This document shows, one piece after another, positions 12,809-28,884 of a stretch of DNA of 64,000 nt. This DNA is from Azolla caroliniana (lineage: Eukaryota > Plantae > Polypodiophyta): NCBI GenBank assembly GCA_043228905.1, contig JBHGNT010000006.1, positions 6,448,001-6,512,000 of the forward strand, given 5' to 3'. Numbering within the stretch: position 1 is the first letter of the stretch; every line of letters begins with the position of its first letter. The translations under genes and the position numbers were made by a program. The notes below the pieces were generated by a model that was not told the origin of the DNA, made no database searches, and worked only from the letters and a program-made list of their open reading frames with translations.

Positions 12809-13475
12809 TACGCTACATCGTTCAACTGGCATCACCCCTTTTTCACCAACTATGGTTTCCATCCTCGCTTCAGTATTTCCATCCCTGGCAAATTTGTCAA
12901 CCCATCAGCGGAAGGACATGCTCGTATTTTAGCCGACATTCATCAAGACCTCTCCGTCGAACTCATCCTTGCAAGGCACCGGTATAAAGTGGAAGCTGAT
13001 CGACATCGTTCCGCTACACCCGCCTTTGCAGTTGGTGATCAAGTTTGACTCTTACGTCGCCATGTCTATACTACTCGACCTTGCGAAAAGTTGGATTACA
13101 AGAAGTTGGGGCCTTTCCGCATCATTGAGTGTGTCAATCCCGTCACTTTCCAGCTGGAACTTCCTGCACATTTCCGGATTCATAATGTCTTCCATGCCTC
13201 TCTTCTCGAACCTTATCATCCATCCACTATTCCTGGAAGACACTCTCCAGCTCCAGCTCCAATTGAGCTTTCCACAGGTGAGGAGTATGAGGTGGACAAG
13301 ATTCTGGACTCTCATTGGCATTGACGACAACTTCAATACATAGTCCTATGGAAAGGGTATCCCATTTCAGAGGCAACTTGGGAACCAACCCAACACTTGG
13401 AGAATGCACCGGATGTTGTTCATGCATTTCATCACCAATATCCACAAAAACCGAGGCATCTTCGGAGGCGACCTT
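12809..13475 (+). pseudogene. Element B integrase C-terminus and chromodomain
   Basis: LDYKKLGPFRI...IHNVFHASLLEPY...EEYEVDKILDS...WKGYPISEATWEP. Confidence 0.88.
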
Positions 13476-13961
13476 AGCAGGGGGATAATGTCATGGACAT
13501 GACAACAATCATGTTATGATTCGAACTCTTGACCTATTGTATTTAATCGATATGTTTTAACCAATATATCCAATACATAATTATGTTACCTTATTAGATT
13601 ATTGTAGATTATCTAGAAAGCTCCAGAAGATAGAACATTCTAGAAGCTTGTGCATGAAAATGAGTCTTTGCATGGGGCTACATTTAGAGCCCATAAACAT
13701 GCATAAATACAAGGGTTCACCTTGGCCTTAGTCAAGGTAAACAACACCAGTTACGGAATCATAATTCAATAGACTTGTTCTCTTGCCTACTTTCTCTCTC
13801 TCTCTTTCTTATTATCTTGTCTATGATCTCTCTCACACTCTCTTAGTATTGAGCCTCGTCCACCTGTCCGTGACAATCATCACCGACCGCCACCGGATCT
13901 TGCATTTCCCAACGAATTGCGACTGCTTAATCCTGGGCGCTTCGTTGGGTTTGTTGTGGTC

Positions 13962-16900
13962 TGTTATGTACACATAACGTTGGTGAGGGTAGGTCACTAA
14001 TATTTACATTAGTGAAGGGTATGTTCACTATTATTAAAAAGGGGACTAATGATTGGATAGAATGAATGATATGTGCATGCACTATCATGATTTAGACAAC
14101 CAATGAATAGAGAGCCTTTTAGAAAGGCACATCTATTCAAGGGGCCTAGGAAAAGGTATAAATATGAGGCTTAGCTACCCTCATAGGGATCATCACGTCG
14201 GAAGGCTGCTGTCGTAGACACCGGTGGTGCGGGCTAGGCTTTCGTCTCGACGATCGTGTTTATCTCTTCCAAGGTATTAGTCATCCTAATATCCGGCGGT
14301 ATGGGACGTCGGTGGTAGGTTGGCTATGTCTAGATCATAGCTCGGGGGTGGTCGGGTGGAACGGGTTCTTCTATCCAATCTATTTTCTTCCTTTTTACTT
14401 GATTTGGTCTATTGATTAGTAATAGACTCTTAACAGTGGTATCAGAGCTTTTACTAACAATTTTTTTGTTGTTTTGATGTTTTTGCGTGTGAGCGAGGGG
14501 GATCTAACAAGGCTCGTCATGCTCTTCTCAGGATCAAAACAACACTCTAAACCCGGTATTCTTCTTTTTTGATCTCTTCTCTTTTTCTATTATGCGTTCT
14601 TTATGGTCGAATCAAATTGGTATTACGTTTTATTCTCTTTCTTTCTACCTCCTACTACGCTACGATTTTACTTATTATTATGCATCGGGCCGAGCGTGTT
14701 TGCACTAATCGCACACGCTCAACTCATGGCCTTTTGCATATTGCGATATATATCCCACTCTCTCCTCTCTTGAACTCTTACGATAATAATTATTCTTGTG
14801 CATTGGGTCGAGCGTGTTTGCTCTAATCGCACACGCTTATCTCATGGCCGTTTTGCATATGATGTTGAGTATACCACTCTTCCCCTCTATTGAGCCATTA
14901 CTTGGCCGATTCTAGGGATATGTGGTGGTCTTGAGGAGGTGCATGTCAACTACCCTAGGGTTTCGTATCTTAGGGCATGTTTGATTCCATACACCTAATT
15001 GTTGATTATTCTAATTAAATTTTAATTTCATAAGTATTGTTTCACTTATATGATTTTCTAGTAATTATTATTTACCCGCCCACAATTAACTCTCCTTTTT
15101 CCACTTCCTTTTCATGTATAAAGTATTTACATCGTTTATTTTTAATGTAACCTTTACGTGTAGACTATTTTTTCGTATGGAGTGGCTTGTTGAACAAATT
15201 TTTTTTCAACGGGTCATCTAGGTTTAACTCTTATCATCAAGCCTTAGAAAACGAGTAAAACCATATGAGTTCCCTTATTGATGTTTTACTCATGGATTTG
15301 AGTATTACATCTTTGCGCACAACACCGTCATCACTTGTATCAATTTGTGGCTTATGTCACAATTGTGCAAGTTATAACAATCATATTGGGATGTATATGT
15401 GCATACCTTGCACTTCCCATTTATTTGTGACATTGTTTTTTTCGTAGGTAACACATGGGTTCTTTTTTTTACCCTTGTTTTCGTCACTACTTAACTCTTA
15501 TGAGTAGTGCCTTATTTTATCATTTTATCATCACGTTTGCTTATTGCTCGCAAGACTAGAATATTACTTGTGAGTGCACTTGTTTTTTCACGTAATACAC
15601 TTTCTCGACCATATAATACATGATGGGTTGGCATTAATATAAGGCTATCTAGGAAATTTCATTGATGTAAGAACCATGGTTGAGCCTCGGGGAGCCGCCA
15701 TGATTACTCAAGATAGAGATCCGAGAAATACATCTTAGCTATGTTTTCCCCCATGGTTTTTAAAACACCATAGTGTTACCATAGTTATCGGATCTCGAAT
15801 CACATCTCATATGTCTAGAGGGGTAAAGACATGAGATACTTTCTTGGATAAAGTTCTTTCAATCAAAATTTCAAGCATTCATTTTGCTTGTGTATTTTCT
15901 GAACCTCCTTATTTTATTGCATACCCACAGCGTGCATCATGGAACAAGTTTTGAACGCAGTTGGAACGATCTCTCCAAATGAGACCTCTCAACCCCAATC
16001 CGCATCTCGCACACAAGCTGAGATCACTATTGAGCAATTGCTCACTACTACCTTGAATCAATTGGCCGAAATGAGACAGGCCAATATGGCATTGGAAAAG
16101 AAATTCCAAGAATTAACTATTGAGTCCAAGAAAGAAGGTGAACCTTCCTTCGTAGTCACGCCTTTCAAGGGAGATAAGAAAGAAAGAACCGAGGAGGCCA
16201 TTAGCACTTGGCTTGGTCGTTGGGAGTCTCACTTTGAGCTTCATCCCAAGCCCGATGCAGTAAAAATTGGTTATGTCGGTCGTGAGTTAGGTGGCCGAGC
16301 TGCTGCTTGGTGGCGTGGCCTAAGGACCGCAAAAAACTTACCCACAACTTGGGAAGGTTTCGTTGATGTTTTTAAGAAACAATTCTTGCAGCCACCTTCT
16401 CAAACCGAACAAGCGCAACACTTGCTCACATTGTCTAGTAAGCCATTTACCTCTCTCGAGGATTATGTGCATCACGCTCGGACCCAGATCCAAAAATCGG
16501 GACTTACGGGTGAGAAATGGTTTGTCGCTTGTTTTTTGAATGGTATTCCCAATGGGGATTATCATTGGATTGTCCATGACAAGGACCCCACAACTTTCGA
16601 GGAAGCCGTCAACATTGTGCTGCGATACCATAGGACTTCCAAGAAAGACCACAATAAACCTGAGTTCGCCAAAACTCCGAATGTCAAGTTCATTGGGAAA
16701 CGTAAGCAATCCAGTGACACTCTTGACCGCGACTCAAAGAAACCGAACCTCTTCTGTGCATATTGCAAGAAGCGGGGCCACACAAAGGATACCTGTCGTC
16801 GTCTTGAGAGGAAGTCAATGAACACCCCTCCTCAAGACAAATCTACGAGTCACACAGGTGAGTCTTTTGATATTGTTGAAGTTCATACCAATCACTTAAG

Positions 16901-19900
16901 TTTATGTGAATGCACTTTTCCTTCACATTTACTTGGACCTAATGATTTACTCCGAGTAGTCAGATATATCAATGGAACACAAACACATTTCTTGTTTGAT
17001 TCCGGTAGTTCTCACAATTTTCTTAATGATCACTTTGTGCAGCAAATGGAGCTCCACATAAACGCAAGTGATCATATCTATCAAGTTCACATGGCAAATG
17101 GAAACGTTCAATACATCAGTGGCATTGTTTGTCAACTGCCAATTCAAATAGATACTTATTTGGAGAAGCTTGACTTTCATGTTATGAAATTACAATCCGC
17201 AGATCTCATTTTAGGATATCCTTGGTTTTTTAATAAAAACCCTTCTTTGTCCATTGATTGGGTTAATCACTCAATCACATTTGAACTTAATAATTGTAAA
17301 CATTTTATTCAATGTTCCAAACTTCCTTCTCATTCACTTGTGTCTTCTAAATCTTTAAGTGAGTATTCTAGTTCATTAATTTATTCGTGTGTAATTGATC
17401 CTGCGGTTCAATTTTATTATTTTAATATTGAAGCCACACAATTACCACATTTTGAGCAACGATTACTCGACTCTATTTTAGAGGATTTTCAAGATGTGTT
17501 TCCTACTGAATTACCGCTTACTTTACCACCTAAACGTAATGTGGACCATCAAATTGAACTCATCCCTGGGGCTGCTCCTGTGAGCATTCCACCTTACCGA
17601 CTTAGTCGATTAGAAGAGGATGAGATCGCTAAACAACTTAAGGAATACTTGAGTATGGGCCACATTAGGTATAATAAATCACCTTGGGGTGCGGCAGTTC
17701 TATTAGTCAAGAAGAAGGAAGGTTCGTGGCGAATGTGTATCAATTATCGCCGTTTGAATAAAATGACAATTAAGAATGCATATCCATTACCTCGTGCCGA
17801 TGATTTGATTGATCGTTTGCACGGGGCTCGATATTTTACGAAAATTGACTTACGAACTGGTTATCATCAGATTCGCATCGCCGAGGATGATATTCCTAAA
17901 ACCGCTTTTCGTACGCGCTATGGCCATTATGAGTTTTAGTCATGCCGTTTGGGTTGACTAATGCTCCAGCCACATTCCAACAAGCGATGAATGATGTTTT
18001 CCGAGATCAACTCAGTGATTTTGTTGTCGTCTTCTTGGATGATATTTTGATATATAGCCGTACCTTGCAAGATCATGTTCAACATGTTCGATTTGTTTTG
18101 CGAAAGTTGCGTGACAACTCTTTCTATGCAAAACATTCAAAATGTGACTTCTTCCAAAAATCTATTGTGTACCTAGGTCATTTAATTACAGAAAATGGCG
18201 TTGAAATTGAACCTTCTCGTATTGAAAAGGTTAAACTTTGGCCCATTCCTCGTAATATTCGTGAACTTAGATCATTCTTAGGGTTTGTTGGATTTTTACG
18301 AAAATCAATTCGTAACTATTCCAAATTGACTACGCCATTAACTGACCTTTTAAAAGGTCATCCACGTAAGTCTGTCAAACCAATTTCATGGAATGAACAA
18401 CTTGACAAATCATTTGAGACACTCAAGGAGCATGTGTGTCAGGCTCCCACTCTTCTATTACCAGACCCTTCTAAGCCTTTCTCAATTGAAACCGATGCTA
18501 GTGATTATGCTATTGGTGCCGTTCTTTATCAAGGTGGTCACCCTATCGCTTTTGAAAGTAAGAAGCTTGATGCTGCTCAATCTCGGTATTCGGTTCAAGA
18601 GAAAGAGTTGTTTGCGGTGATACACGCACTTAAAACATGGAGGCACTATCTCTATGGAAATAAATTTGTGGTTACAACAGACCATCAATCATTAAAGTAT
18701 TTTTGTGACCAGCCCGATCTTGTTGGTCGTAAAGGCCGTTGGGCTGACCTTATGCAAGATTTTGATTTTTCCATACGATATCGCAAGGGTTCTATGAACA
18801 CCGTTGCTGATGCTCTTAGTCGCATTAAAGAAGTTAACATGCTTAGCTTCACGGAAATAAAATCTGATCTTTTAGATCACCTTCGAGGGAAATACCTTGA
18901 TGACAGTTATTTCTCAAAATACTGGACGAAAGCCGAATCTGGTTTAGATGCCGATACTAGCACCCTACCCTCGAAGGCGACCTTTCACATTACAAACGGT
19001 TTGCTCTACCGTAGTGGAAAGGTCTGTGTTCCAGATTTACCAAATGTTAAACAGAAATTTTTTCATGAATGTCATGATGCACCATCTGCTGGTCATCCTG
19101 GAATACAACGCACACTCGTTCTCATCTCGTGTACTTTTTTCTGGCCTAAGATGCGCTCTGACGTGCATAAATACGTAACTCAATGCTTACAATGTCAGAT
19201 TAATAAGTCGGAACGACTTAAAGTTGCTGGTCTTTTACATCCCTTAGATATTCCCAACAATAAATGGGAAAGTATCTCGATGGATTTTATTGTTAGTTTA
19301 CCTCGTACACAGAGGGGTCATGATGCCATATGGGTTGTCGTTGACAGGCTAACAAAATTAGCTAGATTTATTCCTACAAAAACCACGGTAACCGCTCAAC
19401 AGTTGGCTTATCAATTTGTTGATGAGTTATTTCGTTTTTATGGATTACCGATGGATATTGTTAGTGATCGAGATTCCAAGTTTACTAGTGACTTTTGGAC
19501 TCAGGTCTTTAAGAAACTAGAAACTACGTTGAGCATGAGTTCCGCAGATCATCCTCAGTCTGATGGACAAACTGAACGAGTTAATCAAATTATTGAGGAC
19601 ATGCTTCGAGCTTATGTAGCAAAAACCCCTTCTAAGTGGGGGCAATACCTTCCTATCTTAGAATTTGCCTATAATAGCTCTAAACATACATCCACTGGAT
19701 ATAGTCCTTTTATGTTGATGTATGGTTTTCAGCCACGTGCCCCAGTTGATGTCACGATTCATCGTGATACATTAGACAGTACACGCAATTTTTTGCAAGA
19801 CATGAACCAAATGTTGCATATTGCCAAAGAAAATGTCAAGACAGCTCAAGATCGTGCTCGATTTTATGCTGATCAGGATAGACGTCCTCGTGCATTTACT

Positions 19901-20822
19901 ATTGGTCAAAAAGTTTTTTTGCGTGTCCCGACTGATTCTACGTCATTATCTACGGGCAAGTGCGCTAAGTTAGCCCCACGATATTGTGGCCCATTTGAAA
20001 TCCTTAAGCGAGTTGGGTCATCTGCTTATCACCTTGCCTTACCTCGTAACGTTGGTATTCATCCTGTTTTTCACGTCAGTCGTCTAAAACCATTTTTAGG
20101 CTCTGGTGATAACACCATCACAATCCAAGATCTTGTAACATTAGAGGATTTTTCTTACAAACCTCATGTTCCTGAACGAATTCTTGATTCTCGTACTAAA
20201 CGTTTACGTTCTAAAGAGATTCGGCTATTCAAGATCAAATGGATGGATAAACCTATTGATGATGCCACATGGGAACGCGAGCATTCGCTTAAGGCACAAT
20301 TTCCTCACTTTATATTGCAAGAGTGCAATCTTTTGAAGTAGGGGAGTATGTTATGTACACATAACGTTGGTGAGGGTAGGTCACTAATATTTACATTAGT
20401 GAAGGGTATGTTCACTATTATTAAAAAGGGGACTAATGATTGGATAGAATGAATGATATGTGCATGCACTATCATGATTTAGACAACCAATGAATAGAGA
20501 GCCTTTTAGAAAGGCACATCTATTCAAGGGGCCTAGGAAAAGGTATAAATATGAGGCTTAGCTACCCTCATAGGGATCATCACGTCGGAAGGCTGCTGTC
20601 GTAGACACCGGTGGTGCGGGCTAGGCTTTCGTCTCGACGATCGTGTTTATCTCTTCCAAGGTATTAGTCATCCTAATATCCGGCGGTATGGGACGTCGGT
20701 GGTAGGTTGGCTATGTCTAGATCATAGCTCGGGGGTGGTCGGGTGGAACGGGTTCTTCTATCCAATCTATTTTCTTCCTTTTTACTTGATTTGGTCTATT
20801 GATTAGTAATAGACTCTTAACA
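13962..20822 (+). mobile_element. Element E: young chromovirus (Ty3/Gypsy) inserted antisense into the element D gag
   Basis: 474-bp LTRs 13962-14435 and 20349-20822 that look identical; TSD TGGTC (13957-13961, 20823-20827); PBS tggtatcagagc 14437-14448; PPT agtaggggag before the 3' LTR. Confidence 0.96.
15939..20341 (+). CDS. Element E gag-pol with C-terminal chromodomain; single 1-bp frameshift at ~17935
   Basis: ORFs 15939-17939 and 17942-20341 join as HYEF(L)VMPFGL; [45 protein letters not shown]...KW...DATWE. Confidence 0.92.
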
Positions 20823-23800
20823 TGGTCCTTCAAAGTGCGTTGATAGCGAAGAACTATTTCAACGGCCTCTTCAAAGGATTTTGGATCCTTATCATGCACT
20901 ATCCAGTGATAGTCCAAATTGGGGATGCCATTGACAAAACAAGCTATTAACCAATTGTCCCCTTCTAGACCCGATTTATGGATTTGGGTTCTAGCATGGT
21001 GGACATAATCTTCTAGCGAAGAAAATTTCCTACTAGAGAGGTTCATTAAAGCTTGAGCTGCCTCAGTAGTTCTCGGCCGACATATGCAATCTTCGTACTA
21101 TCTTGCGTGGGATAGAGCTCAAAATGAGACTCCCATCGACCCAACCACATGTAGATTACTTCTTTGGTTCTTTCCTTTTTTTCTCCCGTAAATGGCTTAA
21201 CGACAAACGATGGCTCACCCTGTCACTCATCATGTCTATTAGTCTCATGTTGTAAACTAATGACACATGCCTCGAGAGCACATTGAGATTGCCGAAGTTC
21301 GGTCATCTGTTGAGCGGTGAAACTAAGGTATTGGGTTATTTGAGAAAAATACATCTCAATGGACATTTGTCCAGGAGGATTTCATTGAGTTCCTTCCGCT
21401 TGAGCAGATGACATCGGGTCGTTATTTTGAGCCATTAAATGATTATTTCTGGCAAAGAAATAGGATAAGGTCAGATTGTCGTGATGTAAACATATCATGG
21501 GCAAACATTAATTGATATCATGATCTCACGTCAATACCCCTCTAGACATATGAGATGAGGTTCAAGATCAAGTTACTATGGTAACACAAAGGTGTTTTAA
21601 AAACCATGGGGGTGACAAATTAATGTCTTTCCCTTATGTCTATATCGTTTTTTTCATGGCGGCTCCCTGAGGCTCAACCATGTATGTCCGTGTCATGAGT
21701 AGTTTATACACGAAAAAAAATGTTAATAATAAACTATGTTTCTATGCCCACATATGTGATTTCGGCTCTTTAAGTCCTATTACGAGGACCCCGAAGTGCA
21801 CTTAGACCTCAAGTCTAAACATGTGTTATAGTCATATGTATGAACAATGTTGTGTGATCTTGGTCATATTTGAACTCGAGACCTCGAGAACAAATGCATT
21901 AAACACTTGAGCTAACCAATTAGGTTGCTCTTTTTAAATGTTTCATGCACATAAGAGATATACAAGGCATTTGCCCATATATGTTTTTTTAAAAGAAACA
22001 TATATGTCAGGAGTCCTTATTTTCCCCTCGTTTACCACAAACTTTGTTGGTACGTTACCTAACCTCAAGTCTCGTAATTATGATGGCATATGCCAAAGTG
22101 CAACCAAATGGTCAAGCCAAATGAGCCCTCTTTTCATAGTAGGCCCACGTGGCCCATCACATGGTTACGTCATTACGAATGCCTCTCGTAAGAATGATCT
22201 CATGGTGGCATCATATCCATGTAACAAGGGAGGGATGTTGGATATGTGTGTCATAGGAGCGACCTCACATGAAGTGGGTCAAGCCCTACGTTCTCAACAT
22301 CATTGTGGCTATAGGCATTTCTTTACGTAATAAAATCGAAGTCACCAACGGGGATGTGAACAATAAAAAATTGTTGAAAAAAGGGATGGTGACAACGCCA
22401 TTCTCACAAAAATGTGAGGACGACCACCAAAATCCTTTCCCCGAAAAGGAAAACATTCGATATTAAAATCATGTAATAACTTATATACACATATATATAT
22501 TATCACATATATACGATCCAATACGTATACATGTGACCACATATGCATATATTAAACAAATCGTTACATCAAATAGCCAAAAATGATGTAATCGAGATAC
22601 GTAATCGAGGCATATAGCCTCTACGCACACGAAACATCCAGAAATAAGGGTTCATCGTAATACGCAATTGAGGTATTGACCTCTTACGCATACGACACAA
22701 AACACATATCATTTACAACGAAATCAAGGTATTGACCTCATATGCATACGTAGCATATGTATGTGAGCGTAATACGCAATTGAGGTATTAACCTCGTGTG
22801 CATACGACACTAATCACATATTCAATATATGTCAAATGAGGTATTGACCTCATACACATATGTTACCGTTTTATACAACCAATTAATTACCACTACAACA
22901 TCATTAAATTAATGAAAACAATTACATATAGACAATACACATGATTAGATGGGAGAAGAAAAAATAGAAAAAAAATAAGGCAAGAGTTACCGAAGTTCCT
23001 TTGTAGATCGTTGTCTAGATCAAGGCCAACCGCACATCGATCGATCACCATCAATCAACAAGACAAAAGACAACAAAAGAAACATTAGAACATAGGCTAT
23101 GATACCAACTGTTAGAGACATGAACTAATGTAAGCATAAAATAAGGATAAAAGATAGATCTAGATAGAAAGGAGAGAGAGAAAGAAGGGTGTCGACCCAC
23201 CCGACCACCCCCGAGCGAAGGGATCGAGACAGACTCGAGCCTCGATCGGCGTCCCATACCACCGATGTGGTGTTGAGTCGTACCTGGTGCTGGCGCGCTC
23301 GCTACAAGAGTTGATCTACCACGAAACAAAGTCTCGACGTAGTCAACAAGATGATTAAATGAGGGTAGCTAGGCCTCTTATTTATAGCGATACCCAAGGC
23401 CCCCAGGCAAGTTCACACTTGGCCTAATCGGTTGTCTCAATCCTGAGGATCAAAAGTAATCATCCCCTTCTTTACACTCTCGTTTAACCCTCACACTTAT
23501 CCACTTGTATAGAATATTATGGTAAATTCTCACCATGGGATATTATATGGTCATGCCCGTAACAGTGCCCATTTTGGTTACGAATGGAGGATACACGTTC
23601 CGTCTGACAGATGGGCCTAATTCAACACCTCGATTTCGTTCTCGGAGGCCACAAATTCACAATCTCGGCTGTGGTGTTATGACTGGATGCTCCTGGCGTC
23701 CACCCCACGTTGCTTGGCCATCCCTGGTTACGTACGACGAACATCAAGCAACACTGGTAGCGCAACATGATCTCTTTCCAACGTGGGAAAACCAAGGTAC

Positions 23801-24385
23801 GTGTCGCCACGAAAGAGCGAATACCCACATTGAAGGACACCACTCTTCTATATGTTGAAGGTGTCCACATGCTAGACGGTTTAATGGACGACGAAGTCGA
23901 TAGCTTCTTGGTGGATCACCCGAAGATTGTACCACTCTTCGATATCGACATCGTGGAAGCCATCAACCCATATGTTTCCGAACCAATAAAGGGGGAGCGG
24001 GATATTGGCCGGGAACCTGATTCGAAATAAGTTGAAGAGTTACGCCACGCATGTGAAGCACTCGAACACGAATTAATTATATCACAACGCGTAAAGGCGT
24101 CGACAGTAAAAGAAATAAACCTCGCCACCAACACGGATCCAATGCCACTTCAAATAGCGAAGGAACTAGCCCATGATGAGCGATCGTCCTTGGTCAGCCT
24201 ACTCTCGGAATATCAAGATGTTTTTGCTTGGTCGTATAGTGACATGAAAGGATTAGATCCTCATTACTAGCAACACCAAATTCATCTGAAGTAAGATGCA
24301 CAATTGGTGTAGTAGCACCGATATAGAATGAATCCCAATTATGCGGCAAAGGTCAAAGAGAAAATAGACAAACTTCTCCAAGTTG

Positions 24386-25072
24386 GTAGTATAAAAATTT
24401 TAATTCTTTCGATTTTTTGGGTGTATCAAATTTTCAATTTTTGGACACTTTTCGAGTTCGATGTGCAAGGCACTGTCCCACATGCCTGCCAGGTGTTATC
24501 CGTGGGACAAAAGGAGCAAGGTGTGAAAAGGATCAAGAAGAACAAATGCGAAAGGGACGCATAGGACAAGTGTGAAAACATGCAAAGAAGTCGATCACAT
24601 GCAACCGAAGGTAGAAGCCGATTAATCAAGAGGAAGTAGTTAGAACGCGCTGAAGCAGGAAAGGAAGCTATGTAAGCACGAAGTTGCGAACACAGGAAAG
24701 GGGGGGAATCGTTAGAGAGAGAAAATACCAATTAGGAGCTAAGAGTGACATATCCTAGCTCTAGATTTGTATTGAGTGAGTGAGCGACATTGATTCTGCT
24801 CGGTCTTTCGTACTATCATTGTATTATCTGTTAGTAATTGAATACTTATACTTGTGGGTCAATGTTTGTGTCTATTTCATTCTAAGTCTATCGTTACTTC
24901 TTGCAGTTTGATCTGTAAAACGTGATAACGAATAAGTAGTAGTCATTCTCGGAGTGTTCATTAAGGGGTGTACGATTCGACCCCAACTCGGGTCCCTAGT
25001 CTCTTACACACCACGATTCCTTGACCCAATTACTCAAGAGTAATCGAAAGTGTTCTCCAAGTGGGAGCAACA
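24386..25072 (+). repeat. 3' LTR of element A (start approximate)
   Basis: Homologous to 1442-2021; terminal CA at 25072. Confidence 0.7.
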
Positions 25073-26104
25073 AAAATGACCAAAGTGCCCTCTCCATTTT
25101 ACTTTTCCAAACTCCTGAAATATTCGTCTCTACAATTCCCAAACTCATTTTTCACAAGTCTCTCTAGTGGTGTGCTCAGTGGTTCATACCACATAGTTGT
25201 CATCATAAATTTGATACAAGACAAGTTCAATCCTTGTTATTTCAACCCCATCACATAGATCACAATTAGTTTCCATGAGACAAATTTAGATGGTTAAGGA
25301 TTTTGAGAAAGTGAGGGATTGTAGTTATTTGGGAAATTCAAAGCAAATTAGATTGGAACTTGGAAGGTAAGATTCAAGGTGTTCTGGGGAGGCTGAAAAA
25401 ATGTGCAAACCAGTGAGAAGGATTGTTTTGATAATCTCAATTGATTTGGACCATTTTGTAGTTCGATCAACATGGAAAAAGGGTATTTTGGTGAGTTTCC
25501 CTACTATAGATATGCAAACAACAATATCATTTGTCAAAACATTGCAGTGCGCAATAGATAAATGTAAGATTTGCACGTATAGCTAACCATAGGGCACCTT
25601 TTCTTCATGCATTTGTTATTTAGCCCTATTTACTATGACCATTGATTGATGCGAAACAAATTTTCTACATCGCATGTGAACAATGCTAGGCCCCATGGAT
25701 CTTTATATCTATTATATACTAGGGTTCCACTAGACTTCATAAAAAACCAACAGCTGTTCACCAAAACCCTAGTTTCTAGACCCAACAAGTTGCACGTATT
25801 CATACACATACAAAATGCTTCACAGTTTTATCTAAATCTCATACTTCAAGAGCAATTGTGGGCTTATGGTGCAATACTTTTGCATGATAATCTTTAGTAT
25901 ATGAACTGAAATGACTTTCTAAACCATGTTTTGTTCCTGGAGTAATTAATTTCTTTATAGATTAATTTGCATCCAGAATCCCCCTGTTACATTGAGAACC
26001 CTTTTGCAATGCAAATGAAGTGAGTTGTTCTTTTCTTAAGGGAGAAATTAAAACGTGCCAGCAACACAAATGAATAGCATCATTGTTTTTAATCAATTGG
26101 TCTG

Positions 26105-27989
<1,885 letters not shown>

Positions 27990-28884
27990 TTATTACCACA
28001 CACACTACACTCTCTCTATCTCACTCTCATCTCTTCTTCTCTTCTCGTCCTCTGCTCCTAAAAAGAAGAAAAGCAGCTTCCAAGTTCTTTTTTTCCTTTT
28101 AATTACAAAAGTAGCCCTCTGCCCCCCAAAATAATGGTGAATGATATTTTGATAGCTACACAAGGTAGTAGGATTCATATTACTCTCATTTAACATATGA
28201 TTCATTAGTTTTCTAGTCCCTAAGAACAAAACTGCAAAAATGCAAAACAGTAGGGGCTCTTTTATTATAGATAGAAGAATGTGCTTCACTAAGCATAGAT
28301 AGAAGAAAGACATGCTCTAGATAGGAATTTGGAGTGCATGCAAAAGCTACTTCGATGTATCTGGGCTATAGGTGCATTTGCTTATGTATTCCCTCCTTGC
28401 AATAGTTCAGCACTGCTGCACTACCAAGTAGGGTTCAAGCGTACGTATTTCATAAATGTCTAACGCCGGATTACCAACACTCATTAAAGTTAATCTGAAC
28501 ATAATGAGAACATAGCCGCCTAGGAAAGGAGGTCGAAACAATTTCCTGTTACTTGATTATGTGAGATATCCAGAAAATTTTCATAACTTCATAGTGCTTA
28601 GACCATATAAAATATCCGGAAAACATTACGACATTAATTGAATGCTAACAGTTCAGCTGACACTTCACCCATTACAGTTCACACAAGTAAAGGAGATAAA
28701 AGGAAATAAGTCAGGCACCACAAGAAGATATAAAGAATAATCTCTCTTTCAACTGTTAGCTACAACAAACTTTAAGCACATTGCATCTTTAATCTCTTAT
28801 AATACTACATTTAAGAAGTTCATAAGCACCCCTAGAAGAGTGTCAATTGTCATAGAACTACATTAAGCTCCTCGAGCTTGCCAT

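Larger units (their letters stand above)
3057..13875 (+). mobile_element. Element B: Tcn1-like chromovirus (Ty3/Gypsy), degenerate, inserted in the element A gag region
   Basis: LTRs 3057-3457 and 13489-13875 (TG...CA); TSD ATCAT at 3052-3056 and 13876-13880; PPT agcaggggga at ~13477; gag, PR, RT, RNaseH, IN and chromodomain remnants. Confidence 0.92.
13898..23564 (-). mobile_element. Element D: truncated Gypsy (same family as E) on the minus strand; LTR, long 5' UTR and gag only
   Basis: LTR 23110-23564; PBS tggtatcatagc at ~23107 (minus strand); gag pseudogene 21435-20828 continuing across element E (LKDH|NKPNEAPRIKQSQFVGK at 13956-13898); left boundary approximate. Confidence 0.82.
1442..25072 (+). 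mobile_element. Element A: old, degenerate Ty3/Gypsy (Tat/Ogre-like) LTR retrotransposon hosting four nested elements
   Basis: 1442-2021 matches ~24495-25072 and both end ...gggagcaaca. PBS-like tggcatgcccggt at 2027. Gag remnant ~2300-3050. Pol remnant 23565-24385 (FAWSYSDMKGLDP...YRMNPNYAAKVKEKIDKLL) then truncated. Confidence 0.75.

Noticed and set aside
17937-17944. Programmed frameshift or readthrough in element E
   Set aside because: The break lies inside the conserved RT core rather than at the gag-pol junction, so it is a mutation or sequencing error
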